From the NCBI RefSeq assembly GCF_001194135.2, contig NC_068981.1, positions 5,064,325 to 5,127,785 of the forward strand: 63,461 bases of DNA, read 5' to 3'. Made by a program: the position numbers and the translations under genes. The notes below the pieces were generated by a model. The model saw only the letters and a list, made by a program, of their open reading frames with translations, made no database searches and was not told where the DNA came from. Position 1 is the first letter of the stretch. Each line of letters begins with the position of its first letter. Of this stretch, positions 24,131-35,949 are shown in pieces. The DNA is from Octopus bimaculoides (lineage: Eukaryota).

Positions 24131-25181
24131 ACGATACATTAGAGAGGGAAAAAAGCAGAGAAAGGTGGTTAATATCAATCCACTTAAGCTAAATGCATCA
24201 CANNNNNNNNNNNNNNNNNNNNNNNNNNNNNNNNNNNNNNNNNNNNNNNNNNNNNNNNNNNNNNNNNNNNNNNNNNNNNNNNNNNNNNNNNNNNNNNNNN
24301 NNNNNNNNNNNNNNNNNNNNNNNNNNNNNNNNNNNNNNNNNNNNNNNNNNNNNNNNNNNNNNNNNNNNNNNNNNNNNNNNNNNNNNNNNNNNNNNNNNNN
24401 NNNNNNNNNNNNNNNNNNNNNNNNNNNNNNNNNNNNNNNNNNNNNNNNNNNNNNNNNNNNNNNNNNNNNNNNNNNNNNNNNNNNNNNGGAACACTTATTA
24501 CAAGGTTAAAAAGTTAGCTGAAGGGAAAGGTAGAGATGGCGGGAGTGGTGTGTTGATAGGGAAAAGTTTTGCTTTGTTTTGTTTTATTGTATAGCGATCA
24601 TCCCTCAAAGCATGCGCACATGTGCAAATATTTATCGTCTGCTCGCTAAAGAATTGATATTTGTTTACAAGGGTTAATATAGCCTAAATTCTGGATTCAC
24701 AGGCAACACGGTTGCAAGCTGCCCGAGAAACGATGCACAGATATAGAGCACGGATCAGAAAGGAACAGCGAGGAGATATAAGAAAAAGAGGGAAAAGACA
24801 ACACCGACGGAGACGTGAGGGAATGAATGGAGACGAACGTCAAGAATAAAGAAAACTAAGCTATGAATGTTAATGAAATGCAGATCATCGTTTCTTTCTT
24901 AAACAGGTCTTAGTTTTTACCATTCCATGGCATTTCCACGGGTCCCGTTAGTTATTAGTTTATTAGTCAGAGTTCTTTCATCACACATTTTTGTGGTCTC
25001 TTCAGTGGCTATCTGTTCTTCTCCGTGTCTCCTTTCTCTGGTCTTATCATGTTTTGTATTCCATCTTGTCTTTCTGTGAACAGAAAGAAGAGGAGACACA
25101 GAGAAGAAGCAGCAGCCATCAAAGACGTCACAGAATGGACGACAAATGAACCCTGACAAACTAATAATAATAATAATAATA

Positions 25182-26352
25182 TTAGGTTGTCAAGAAAGTT
25201 CTTGCAGAATTTTTAATTTTGGTTTTAAATTATATATTTTCAAATTAATTTTCGTTAAATTACTTAGACTTTATATATCATTTTAAAGCCCGTTTTTCGC
25301 TCTATCTAAACGTGTTACTCTTTTTCTTTTTGAATAATTAGGCCANNNNNNNNNNNNNNNNNNNNNNNNNNNNNNNNNNNNNNNNNNNNNNNNNNNNNNN
25401 NNNNNNNNNNNNNNNNNNNNNNNNNNNNNNNNNNNNNNNNNNNNNNNNNNNNNNNNNNNNNNNNNNNNNNNNNNNNNNNNNNNNNNNNNNNNNNNNNNNN
25501 NNNNNNNNNNNNNNNNNNNNNNNNNNNNNNNNNNNNNNNNNNNNNNNNNNNNNNNNNNNNNNNNNNNNNNNNNNNNNNNNNNNNNNNNNNNNNNNNNNNN
25601 NNNNNNNNNNNNNNNNNNNNNNNNNNNNNNNNNNNNNNNNNNNNNNNNNNNNNNNNNNNNNNNNNNNNNNNNNNNNNNNNNNNNNNNNNNNNNNNNNNNN
25701 NNNNNNNNNNNNNNNNNNNNNNNNNNNNNNNNNNNNNNNNNNNNNNNNNNNNNNNNNNNNNNNNNNNNNNNNNNNNNNNNNNNNNNNNNNNNNNNNNNNN
25801 NNNNNNNNNNNNNNNNNNNNNNNNNNNNNNNNNNNNNNNNNNNNNNNNNNNNNNNNNNNNNNNNNNNNNNNNNNNNNNNNNNNNNNNNNNNNNNNNNNNN
25901 NNNNNNNNNNNNNNNNNNNNNNNNNNNNNNNNNNNNNNNNNNNNNNNNNNNNNNNNNNNNNNNNNNNNNNNNNNNNNNNNNNNGTCAACAGAAAAGGACC
26001 AATTCTTCTCCACGACAACGTTCGGCCGCACATCACACAACTGACCCTGCAGAAGTTGAACGAATTGGGCTACGAAACTCTGCTTCATTCGCCATACTCA
26101 CCAGACCTCTCACCTACCGACTACCACTTCTTCAAGCATCTCAACAACTTCCTACATGAGAAATGCTTCAAAAACCAAGACGATGCCAAACACGCCTTCA
26201 TCGCCACCAGAACGCAGGATTTTTACGCTACTGGCATAAATAGACTTGTTTTGCATTGGCAAAAGTGTGTTGCTTCTGATTTTTTTCGATTAATAAAGTT
26301 TTGTTTGAGCCAAGATATGTGCATCTGAATTTAAAGTTTCTTGACAACCTAA
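25182..26352 (+). mobile_element. Mariner relic (Hsmar1/cecropia-like), central part in an N gap
   Basis: 16-bp TIRs TTAGGTTGTCAAGAAA at both ends, flanked by TA; transposase C-terminus VNRKGPILLHDNVRPH...YSPDLSPTDYHFFKHL...WQKCV at 25984-26293, with an internal deletion and a terminal frameshift. Confidence 0.93.
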
Positions 26353-27009
26353 TAATAAAGCAAAGATCAAATATTCACACGTGTGTTTATTGGCAAAATG
26401 ACTGTCTCCAAATATAACTAAGTTATTTTGGACTCATTTTTTAAAGCCTGGTACTTATTCTCTCAGTTTCTTTTGTCAAACTGTTAAGTTATGTAACAAA
26501 CACATCAACACCAGTTGTCAAGCAGTGGCGGTGGGTCAAACACACACACACATGCATATGATAGGCTTCTTTCAGTTTCCATCTACTACATCCACTCACA
26601 AGGCCCAAAGCTATAGAAGATACTTGGCCCAGGTGCCATGCAATGGGACTGAACCCAGAACCATGTGGTCGGAAACCAAACTTCTTACCACACAGTCACT
26701 CCTGTGCCTAGAATACACAATTCCAGAGTTCTTAACTTCGGAGTCATTGGTAATTGTATATAACATTCTTTCATTCTTTTTAGAAATTGTCAGCATGAGA
26801 TATAAGAAACATTTTACAATGCAAAACGTTTCTTAAGACAAAATAATTGCAGTCAGAAAGAGATTTGTGGAATAATTTTTTTTTTCTTTCTCTTTAATGA
26901 AAAAATCTAATAAAACCCTTTATTAAAGCATTGAGTGTGGCAAGTAAGTTCCTGGGAGTCTGGGACTTGATTTTTAATTCCTGGTTAACACCAATTTCAC
27001 TTCACTCTT

Positions 27010-27345
27010 GTGAAGACGCATGGCTCAGTGGTTAGAGCGTTGGGCTCACAATCATGAGGTAGTGAGTTCGATTCCCAGACTGAGCTCTGTGTTGTGTTCT
27101 TGAGCAAGACACTTTATTTTCACATTGCTCCAGTTAACTCAGCTATAGAAATGAGTTGTGACATCACTGGTGCCAAGCTGTATCGGCCCCTTTGCATTTC
27201 CCTCGGATAACATTGGTAGAGTGGGCGGGGCTGGTATGCATGGGTGACTGCTGGTCTTCCATAAACAACCTTGCTTGGACTTGTGCCTCGGAGGGGAACT
27301 TTCTAGGTGCAATCACATGGTCATTCATGACCAAAGAGAGGGGGG
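27010..27345 (+). mobile_element. tRNA-derived SINE (head type B + tail module 3)
   Basis: gcatggctcagtggttagagcg...gagttcgattccc...gtgttcttgagcaagacacttt, followed by a distinct tail. Confidence 0.85.
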
Positions 27346-28389
27346 GTGTTCTTGTGACTATACACTTGGAAAAGGCATGAATATAAGTACGTTACTATAG
27401 CTGTCACTTGCAAGTGAATATGGCCTGATAGCTTGTACCATGCTCTCACTAATTGAAGGGACAGATGGTTGCACCAGCTGTTGACTTGGAGCAGCGTAAA
27501 ATGAAGAGCCTTGCTGAAGGACACAATGTGTAAACCATTGTAGAAATTGAACCCACAGCCTGAAACTGAGGCCAACATCTTAACCACTAAGCCCCTGTAA
27601 TTTCAGTTATGAGACTAACCATACTGGAGTGTTTTTTAATTGATTGTATCACCCCCACCCCACCCCTGTACTGACTAATCTGGTACTTAGCATTTTGGTA
27701 GACTGATAAAATAAGTTACAGTTTTAGCATAAACGGACATAACTCAACACACACAAAGGGCTTCCACAGTTTCTTTCTCCCCTATGCAGACACTTCTCAG
27801 ACCCATTGAATCGTGTCCAATGGTCCATCTGGTGTCAGCATGGAACTTAAACACTAAATGAATGGTTGCATTTGCAGAGCTGTCCAAGCCATACCCTGTC
27901 ATGTGTGTTTCTAAGTATGTTTAGTGGTTAGGATTCCCAGCTGTTAACTATTAAACAAAATAACAATTTGATTTGTAGCAGAGACCAGCTATACATTTTC
28001 TTCAAGTTATTTCTAGTTGCATTTATATGAAGCCTGGAACACTGCCAGACGTATTTTGTGTCACAAATGAAGAACAAAAGTTAATAACTTAGTTTACAGT
28101 CTATGAATATTTAATTAAGTGGTCATACGTCAGTATTTTTGTCTACTTTTGTGTGTGTGTGCATATTTGTAGGTATATGGGTTGGGTGCATTTGCAGTGT
28201 AAGAGTATTTTGCATGTGTGTGTTTATATGGGCACACACAATAGTGGTGTACAGTGAGAAAGAGTGCTCAACAAAATATTTGCTGGATAAGTAATGCTAC
28301 CAAAGGTCTTATGGAAGCTTTTTCAAGGGTTCCACTTAATGTTACTAATCGGTCTTCTTAGTGGAAGAGACTGTGAGTTAATGAGAGAT

Positions 28390-29144
28390 TTTACAGACAC
28401 AGATGAGGGGAGCTCACTCAAGTCTGTACATTAAGTGTTATTTCCCTTACATTGGCATGTGTTTCTGACCTATCCTTTGATGAAATAATCTTGAAAAAGG
28501 TAGTTCTCTATTACAGCACCTCATTAGAAAGATCCAATTTTAAGAACAATATATGCTACATCAAACCAAATTTACTCAGACTCAAAAGATTCTGACATAA
28601 GAAGAATTTGTAGTGTAACCATCTGTACAGATTGAACATGATTACAAACATAGCAAGATGATTTCTGAAACTTAAAGACACCCACTTTCCATGCTCGCAT
28701 AAATATTGAATGATCTTTAATAGAAACACAATTAAAATAAGTTACAGTTGCCTCCCCATCCAAGGCTCAGCGATTTTCAATCACAATGAGGATAATAGCA
28801 TTAGGAATATCAACATAGATTTTGTAACTGTAGATTCTTTAATAACTGTCCCCATCACAATATGTCCTTGGAAAACAAACTAGTTTCCAAGGCCAATTTC
28901 ACTGTCAAGAATGGAAGCACAAGAACTTGCATTAGAATAACTAAAAATACCTTCAAGGAAAGATACATGTGTCACTCTAAACAAAGCTAACATCTTTAAT
29001 ATAGTATGGTGCCTTAAAAACAGGTGTAGTCAATCCCCAAATAAACTGGAGCATTGTAGTTAAGGCCAGCAAATATAAGGGGCAAGGCAGCAGATGCTTT
29101 CTCTATATTACAGGGAAATTAAACATCATAACTTCAACTCTTAA
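28390..29144 (+). mobile_element. Decayed Penelope-like retroelement (RT thumb/linker plus GIY-YIG endonuclease)
   Basis: IFNRNTIKISYSCLP (28713-28757), TCIRITKNTFKERY (28925-28966, degenerate YIG motif), INWSIVVKASKYKGQGSRCFLYITGKLNII (29041-29130). Confidence 0.82.
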
Positions 29145-29519
29145 CATTATTTACATTTGATGGATATTTATCCTCATCTTGTTTGTTGTTAACACAATGT
29201 TTCAGCTGATATACCCTCCAGCCTTCATCAGGTGTCTTGCAGAAATTTCAATCTTGGGTTCTCATTCCTAGTAGTGGTTAAGAGCGCGGGCTACTAATCC
29301 TAAGATTCCAAGTTTGATTCCAATAATAAGAATAATAATAACATTGAAAAATACCTTAGGAATGAGAACTCAGGTTTGAAATTTCCCCAAGACACCTGAT
29401 GAAGGCTGGAAAGTATATCAGCCGAAACGTTGTGTTCACAACAAACAAGATGAGGACAAATATCCATCAAATGTAAATAATGTAAATAATATTAAGAGTT
29501 GAAGTTATGATGTTTAATT
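29117..29519 (+). mobile_element. Composite element: inverted hammerhead arm + tRNA-like head + (AAT)n + hammerhead arm, with inverted duplication of the flank
   Basis: Arms 29145-29270 and 29357-29483 are reverse complements (about 11 mismatches in about 127 nt); head with A-box-like TAGTGGTTAAG and B-box-like GTTTGATTCC at 29272-29322; flank 29117-29144 repeated inverted at 29492-29519 (28/28 identical). Confidence 0.88.
29391..29436 (+). ncRNA. Minimal type-I hammerhead ribozyme motif
   Basis: GACAC-CUGAUGA-A-GGCUG-gaaaguauau-CAGCC-GAAAC-GUU-GUGUU: stem I, conserved core, 5-bp stem II, loopless palindromic stem III (ACGU); one extra A follows the core. Confidence 0.72.
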
Positions 29520-30210
29520 CACGGCACTTATGCATGTATATATATTTAGCCTAACTTCTGGACTTAGCTAATTGGAACTACCAAAACAATAGTAAGCAAA
29601 CTTTTCTTTTTAACAATTTTTATCCTGAAAATCACCTGATGTTTTTGTTTTAATGTGAAAGAGAGGAGAGAGTATGCCACTTGCACATACATGAGAACAT
29701 TCATGTTCATTTACTCACACTCTCACTCACTCTCACTCACACTCTCTCACACACGTACATGCAAAAAAATGTACGCATATGTGAGAAGACCCAGCAACTA
29801 AAGTGAGATCGCAGCCATGGCCGATGCCAGTGCTGCATGTCCGGCCCATTTAAGAGTACCCTCGATGCATCGGGCAATATATGCTTGAGAAGAACTGTTG
29901 AATGAAGTAAAACCAAAATCGCAGCAGAAATTAATGAACTCCAGATGATGAAATTACATTCAGTTAAAAATATTTCTAAATGATTAAAATATTGTGTACA
30001 TCAAAAAGTCAACAGGTTTTTTTTTTTCTTAGAGAGCACGAAGACTGTGTGTGTGTATATGTCACAGATAGCAGACGTGTGTTTGTGTTGATTGACATGC
30101 ATGCCATGACATTCATCATGTGTGTGTATTCTGTATGTGTGTAAACATCACAGAAGCCATGTATTTTTTCATCAAGAAATAACAAAAATTGTGTTTAATC
30201 ATTTATATAG

Positions 30211-30250
30211 AGGTCCAAATGTCACAAAAATTTTTAATGTATTGACGAAG
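30211..30250 (+). CDS. Candidate 40-nt internal exon (xGPNVTKIFNVLTK)
   Basis: tttatatag| acceptor and consensus AAG|GTAAGT donor; the peptide loosely resembles the G-x-N-V-x-x-[IL]-F segment after the small-GTPase SAK motif; unassigned. Confidence 0.3.
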
Positions 30251-30353
30251 GTAAGTATGAAAATAAATATGTAAAAAGAATTAAGATAAAATATACTATT
30301 TCTGAGATATTTCAGTTACACACAAACATCCCTAGAGTTTCAGTATTATCAAG

Positions 30354-30385
<32 letters not shown>

Positions 30386-31994
30386 ATGTATGTTATATAT
30401 ATATATGTGGCAGTACAAAACAGGTGGAATGCAGGAGTATAATAAATATGTAGAAGTGCTCTCAAAGCACGGGATAGGCCAAAAGTGTGGGTGAGTTTGT
30501 TGTTTGGTGACTTTTGTTGCTTTTTTGACACCCATGAAAAAATATACAGAGAAGTTATTTCCATTACTGTGAATCAAGGAAGTTATTCTTGATAAATTAT
30601 GTCTGAAAGTAAATTTAAATTACTTGAAAGCTCAGTTTTTTTCTGCAATACAATTATGACCCAGAATTTCTGCCAATTGTCCATCAAGTGTCACTCTCTC
30701 CACATCTCCAATGTTTGTCCAAAAGGATGAGTTGTCGACTTGCACTGATACAACTTGGCACCCATGTCATTGCCAGAACACAAGACATGTGGAACAGAGG
30801 CTAGAAGGCATCTAATCTGGTGTTCTTGGAGTTCTGCCAGTCGTCCTATGGATTGGTTAGTTTTGGGTTTTTTTATCAACCCAGATAGGTTGAAAGATAC
30901 AGATGATGACCCCAGCAGGAATTGAAACAAATACCACAAGGCATTCTAGCCAACGTTTTAACTTAGCAGTTCTCAGGGCCTCATGCAACCCTCAAGAATC
31001 CTTCCAGTAGCCCCTGATGGTCTCCCCTCCATAAATACAATAAATTTTTCTCTAATTGACTTGTGTTTTGCTTTTTCTTTTTTTTTTTTCCGTGTAGCCC
31101 CAGGTTTTGAGATTTGAGATTTGGCCCAGATATTAAAAAAGGTCGAGCACCACTTGTCTAACAAGTCTGAAAATTCACAGACTTCTAATCTAACATGGTT
31201 AATGGAAAATGAGTTTAACTTAAATTACAACTGGTTGGAAGAGTTATCCAAGGGAACATTTAACTATCCTCAGTGACTTTGCATCACATGGAGACAAAGA
31301 AGACAACAGAATAACATTGTTTAGGAGCAAGGAGTCATACCCCTAAAATCATTCAAACGTTTTTAGAAAGTCATAGCATCAGATTTCAAATAATGATGCT
31401 TTCTCTTTAAATTCCTTAGTTTTAATTCTGGCAATATTTTATCAAAAGTGGCAAGCTGGTAGGGTCATTGGCGTGCCAGACAAAATAGTGGCATCTCATC
31501 TACCTCCATGTTCAGAGTTCAATTTCTGTCTAGATTGACATTGCCTTTTCTCCTTTCAGGGTTGATAAAATAAATACCAGTTGAAAACTGAGGCTGATCT
31601 CACCAACTCCGAAATTGCTGGCCTTGTGTCAAATTTTGAAATCAATATTTCATCTGATTTAGCTCTAATAATAATATTAAATAAGTCCTGTTTATTTCCA
31701 TTGTTCTACAAGACTATGGTAAATATTTGCAATGATGAGTAAAGTAAGGTGTCAAATCTCTATTCCACCAAATCTTACATAGTTTCAGCTTTGTCTGCTG
31801 GACTTGGATAGAACTAAACACCACCATAAAGAGGATTAGAAGCTTCTGGAGGATTCCGAGATATTCTTATTGTTGTATTGCTCTAATTTAATTCTATGTT
31901 CTGACTAAGTCTTGAACTAAGTTTAGTGACTCTGCTTTATTTCATGCGTTCACCTCGTTTCCTTTTAAAGTGAACTTTTGACTGCCTTCTAATT

Positions 31995-32216
31995 TGCATA
32001 CTGCAGTACCACCTGACTGGCCCTCGTGCCAGCGGCACGTAAAAGCACCCACTACACTCTCAGCATGGTTGGCATTAGGAAGGGCATCCAGCTGTAGAAA
32101 CTCTGCCAAATCAGATTGGAGCCTGGTATAGCCACCTGGTCCACCAGTCCTCAGTCAAATCGTCCAACCCATGCTAGCATGGAAAGCGGACGTTAAATGA
32201 TGATGATGATGATGAT
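31995..32216 (+). mobile_element. RTE 3'-end fragment / RTE-tailed short element (family C); representative copy
   Basis: gcagtaccacctgactggc...taaaagcacccactacactc...aagggcatccagctgtagaaac...acccatgctagcatggaaagcggacgttaaa(tga)n; same sequence as the LINE tail at 12871-13218. Copies near 1550, 3705, 8675(-), 16695(-), 17110, 35265, 37760, 50925, 51920(-), 55645, 56490(-), 57415(-), 58225(-), 59905(-), 60900. Confidence 0.88.
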
Positions 32217-32744
32217 GTTTGTTTCGTAAGTGGCGTGATACTTTTTGCATGCAGATCTTTAGGTTCTGCTTTTTCTTTAATCAGCGTGTGTTTTTGAGTA
32301 AATACTGCATTGTATTTGCTCATATATTCTGTCCATTATTGGCTTGCATTCGAGTAATGTAATCCAAATTCTGTATTAAAACATGACACTTATTGATTGA
32401 AAATTCTCACTGCAACGTTCAATAATTATCCACGAAGACAATGGACAAATGGCAAAGGCAACACACAATGGTCAGCTAACATCATGATACCAATTACTAT
32501 GACACCGAGTTCAAGAACAATAAGCTTTGTCATTTGTAGTAACAACAACAACAACAACTTTTGTTTACTGTTAAAATAAATACTTTTTATCAAAAATCTC
32601 AAACATACAGGTGCAGGAGTGGCTGTGTGGTAAGTAGCTTGCTTACCAACCACACGGTTCCAGGTCTACTATAGCCTTGGGCCGACCAAAACCTTGAGAG
32701 TGGATTTGGTAGATGGAAACTGAAAGAAGCCCGTCATATATATT

Positions 32745-32775
<31 letters not shown>

Positions 32776-35418
32776 CATTGGTTGTCCCCCCCCCACTGTC
32801 TCTTGACAACCGATGTTGGTGTGTTTATGTCCCCGTATCTTAGTGGTTTGGCAAAAAATGCCAACAGAATAAGTACTAGACTTACAAAGAATAAGTCCTG
32901 TTCGACTAAAGGCAATGCTCCAGCATGGCCGTAGTCACATGACTGAAACAAAAGAATAAAAGAGTATTTCAACGTTCTCCATCGAAACAAAAAGAATTGA
33001 GGAATCGTTTGTTAGGAATGTCAGAACGTCTCTGGAAGTGTCCTTCACTTCCTGTGGAATTGCCGACCTTGGCACAATTAAGCTGCAAGCCTGAAGACAA
33101 CACCATTTAATTAAAATACTGATGAGGACATTCGGAAGATGCTGATTGGGAAAGTAAAATGATGAGACAAGTTTTTTTATCATTCACTTGTTTCAGTCAT
33201 TTGACTGTGGCCATGCTGGAGCACCACCTTGAAGAATTTTTAGTTCAGTGAATCAACTCCAGTACTTTTTTCTTTTCAGTCTGGTACTCTATTAGTCACT
33301 TTTGCCGAACTGCTAAGTTACAGGAATGTAAATACACCAACACCAGTTGTCAAGTTGCAGTGGAGGACAAAGACAGACATAAAGACACACACACATAGAT
33401 ATATACATACTCATACACATGCGACGGGCTTCTTTCAGTTTCCATCTGTCAAATCCACTCACAAGGTTTTGGTTAGCCTGAAGCTATAGTAGGTGCCATG
33501 CTGTGGGATTGAACCCAGATCCATGGGTAACAAACACAAGCACAAAGACACATACACAACAGGCTTCATTTAGTTTCTTACTTCTTTATTGCCCACAAGG
33601 GGCTAAACATAGAGGGGACAAACAAGGACAGACAAAGGGATTAAGTCGATTTAATCGACCCCAGTGTGTAACTGGTACTTAATTTATCGACCCTGAATGG
33701 ATGAAAGGCAAAGTGGACCTTGGTGGAATTTGAACTCAGAACATAATGGCAGACGAAATACCGCTAAGCATTTCGCCCGGCATGCTAACGTTTCGGCCAG
33801 CTTGCCACCTCCTTCATTTAGGCTTCTTTCAGTTTCCTTCTACCAAATCCACTCACAAGGCTTTGGTCATCCTGAGGTTATAGTAGAAGACACTTGTCCA
33901 AGGTACCACACAGTGGGACTGAACCTAGAACCATGTGGTTGGGAAGCAAACTTCTTACCACACAGCCACTAAAAAGTATTGCCTCAATGTCTGGCAACTT
34001 CAAATGTCACATCTTGCTGCTCCACCATCTTAATTCTCTCCATATTTATTAAGTGCCACTTAAAACTTATTCACTCGGTTAAGTGGTCCTTGCTCTAAAC
34101 CTCTTATTTTTGCTAATGGCTTACGTATATTCACATGTCCTTTTTTCAAGTTCCTTCCACTTTGAAATGGTCTTCCTTTTTCATTTTCTTAACCATAGGT
34201 GCCGGTGTGGCTGTGTGGTCAGAAGCTTGCTTCCTAACCACATGGTTCCAGGTTCAGTCCCACAGTGTGGCACCTTCGCCAAGTATTTTCGACACCAAAT
34301 TCTTCTGAGTGGATTTCGTAGATAGAAACTGAAAGAATCCTATCGTGTGTGTGTGTGTATTCGTCCACCACAACTGCTTGACAACCACTGTTTGTGTTTA
34401 TGTCCCCATGACTTAGCAGTTTGGCAAAACTGCCTAATAAAATAAGTACCAAGCTTAAAAAGAAAAGAAGTGCTGGAATCAATACATTCAACTAAAAGTT
34501 CCCCGGGGTGGTGCCCCAGCATGGCCACAGTCTGAAAACTGAAGCATGTAAAAAGATTAAAAGCTTAATGATTCAAAACCAATATTATAGAAAAGTAGGT
34601 TAAGAACATTTGGAACATTTGTGGTGGAATGAAACAGTCTCCAAGACACAAAGACCTCTGTCTGCATTTCCATTATAGACACTGCATTGTGTGAGGTTTC
34701 TGTTCTTACAAATGGGACAGGTTGAATAATCCTTTCTACCCTAGGCACAAGACCTGAAATTTTGGGGAAGGGTACTTAATTTATCAACCCTGAAAGGATG
34801 AAAGGCAAAGTCGACCTCGGTGGAATTTGAACTCAGAACATGAAGACAGATGAAATACCGCTAAGCATTTCACCCAGCATGCTAACGATTCTGCCAGTTT
34901 GCTGCCTTGGACAGGTTGAATAATGTAGCCATGAGCTGCCTATACATTCAAAATAGACAGAGAAGTCATGGCTGGAGTGCCTTTCTTCAATGGTGTTGCT
35001 CAGGAGTTAAACTACAACATCTCACATAGATATACCGGTCGAGACTTTCTTTCAAAGGAGCAACTCAAATCAAAATTCTTTCTGGCCATTTTAATGATTC
35101 AAAAATTAATATCACAGGAAAATAAATTAAGAATATTTCAAGTTCTATTTTGGAATGAAAATGATTCTCCAAGAGACAACTGTTGCCATCTACTTCAACC
35201 ACAGACACCATATTTCATAGTTCTGGTGCAATGGGGAAAAAAAAAACAAAAAAAAAAAGATACCCCATACACTCAGTAAAGTGGTTGGCATTAGGAAGGA
35301 CGTCCAGTTGTAGAAACCAATGCCAAAACAGACATTGGAGCTCAACCCATTGGACCCTGTCAAACGGTCCAACCCATGCTAGAATGGAACCTGGCCATTA
35401 AATGATGATTTTATATAT

Positions 35419-35469
<51 letters not shown>

Positions 35470-35538
35470 TGTCTATGTATATATGTGTGTATATATACGT
35501 GTATGTGTGTGTGTATATATTTGTGTGTGTGTGTGTGT

Positions 35539-35569
<31 letters not shown>

Positions 35570-35934
35570 AATTTTGGTTGAATGAATCGACACCAGGACT
35601 TATTTTTATTTGTAAAGCCTGGAATTTATTGTATCAGCCACTTTTACCAAACTGCTAAGTTACGTGGATATAAACACATCAACACCAGTTGTTAAGTGGT
35701 GACGGGATGGTGGTAACAAATAGACATAAATAAATATATATATATATATATATATGATGGGCTTCTTTCAGTTTCCGTCTACCAAATCCTCTCACAAGGG
35801 TTTGGTCGGCCCAAGGCTACAGTAGGAAACACGTACACAAGGTCACATACACACATACACATGCGTGTGTACATGTGTGTGTGGACGGAAATAGTTCCAC
35901 CTGGTAAAGAAAGAAATTGTGGAGATGGACAAAA

Positions 35935-35949
35935 CGCCACCTGGTGGCG
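35935..35949. promoter_or_regulatory. Palindromic CTCF-like motif CGCCACCTGGTGGCG
   Basis: Matches the CCAC(C/T)(A/T)GGTGGCG core in both orientations, in unique DNA with unmutated CpGs. Confidence 0.4.

Noticed and set aside
34600-34715. CPICK...HHKCSKC peptide recalling Churchill zinc-binding protein
   Set aside because: Spacing differs, a stop follows immediately and the conserved flanks are absent
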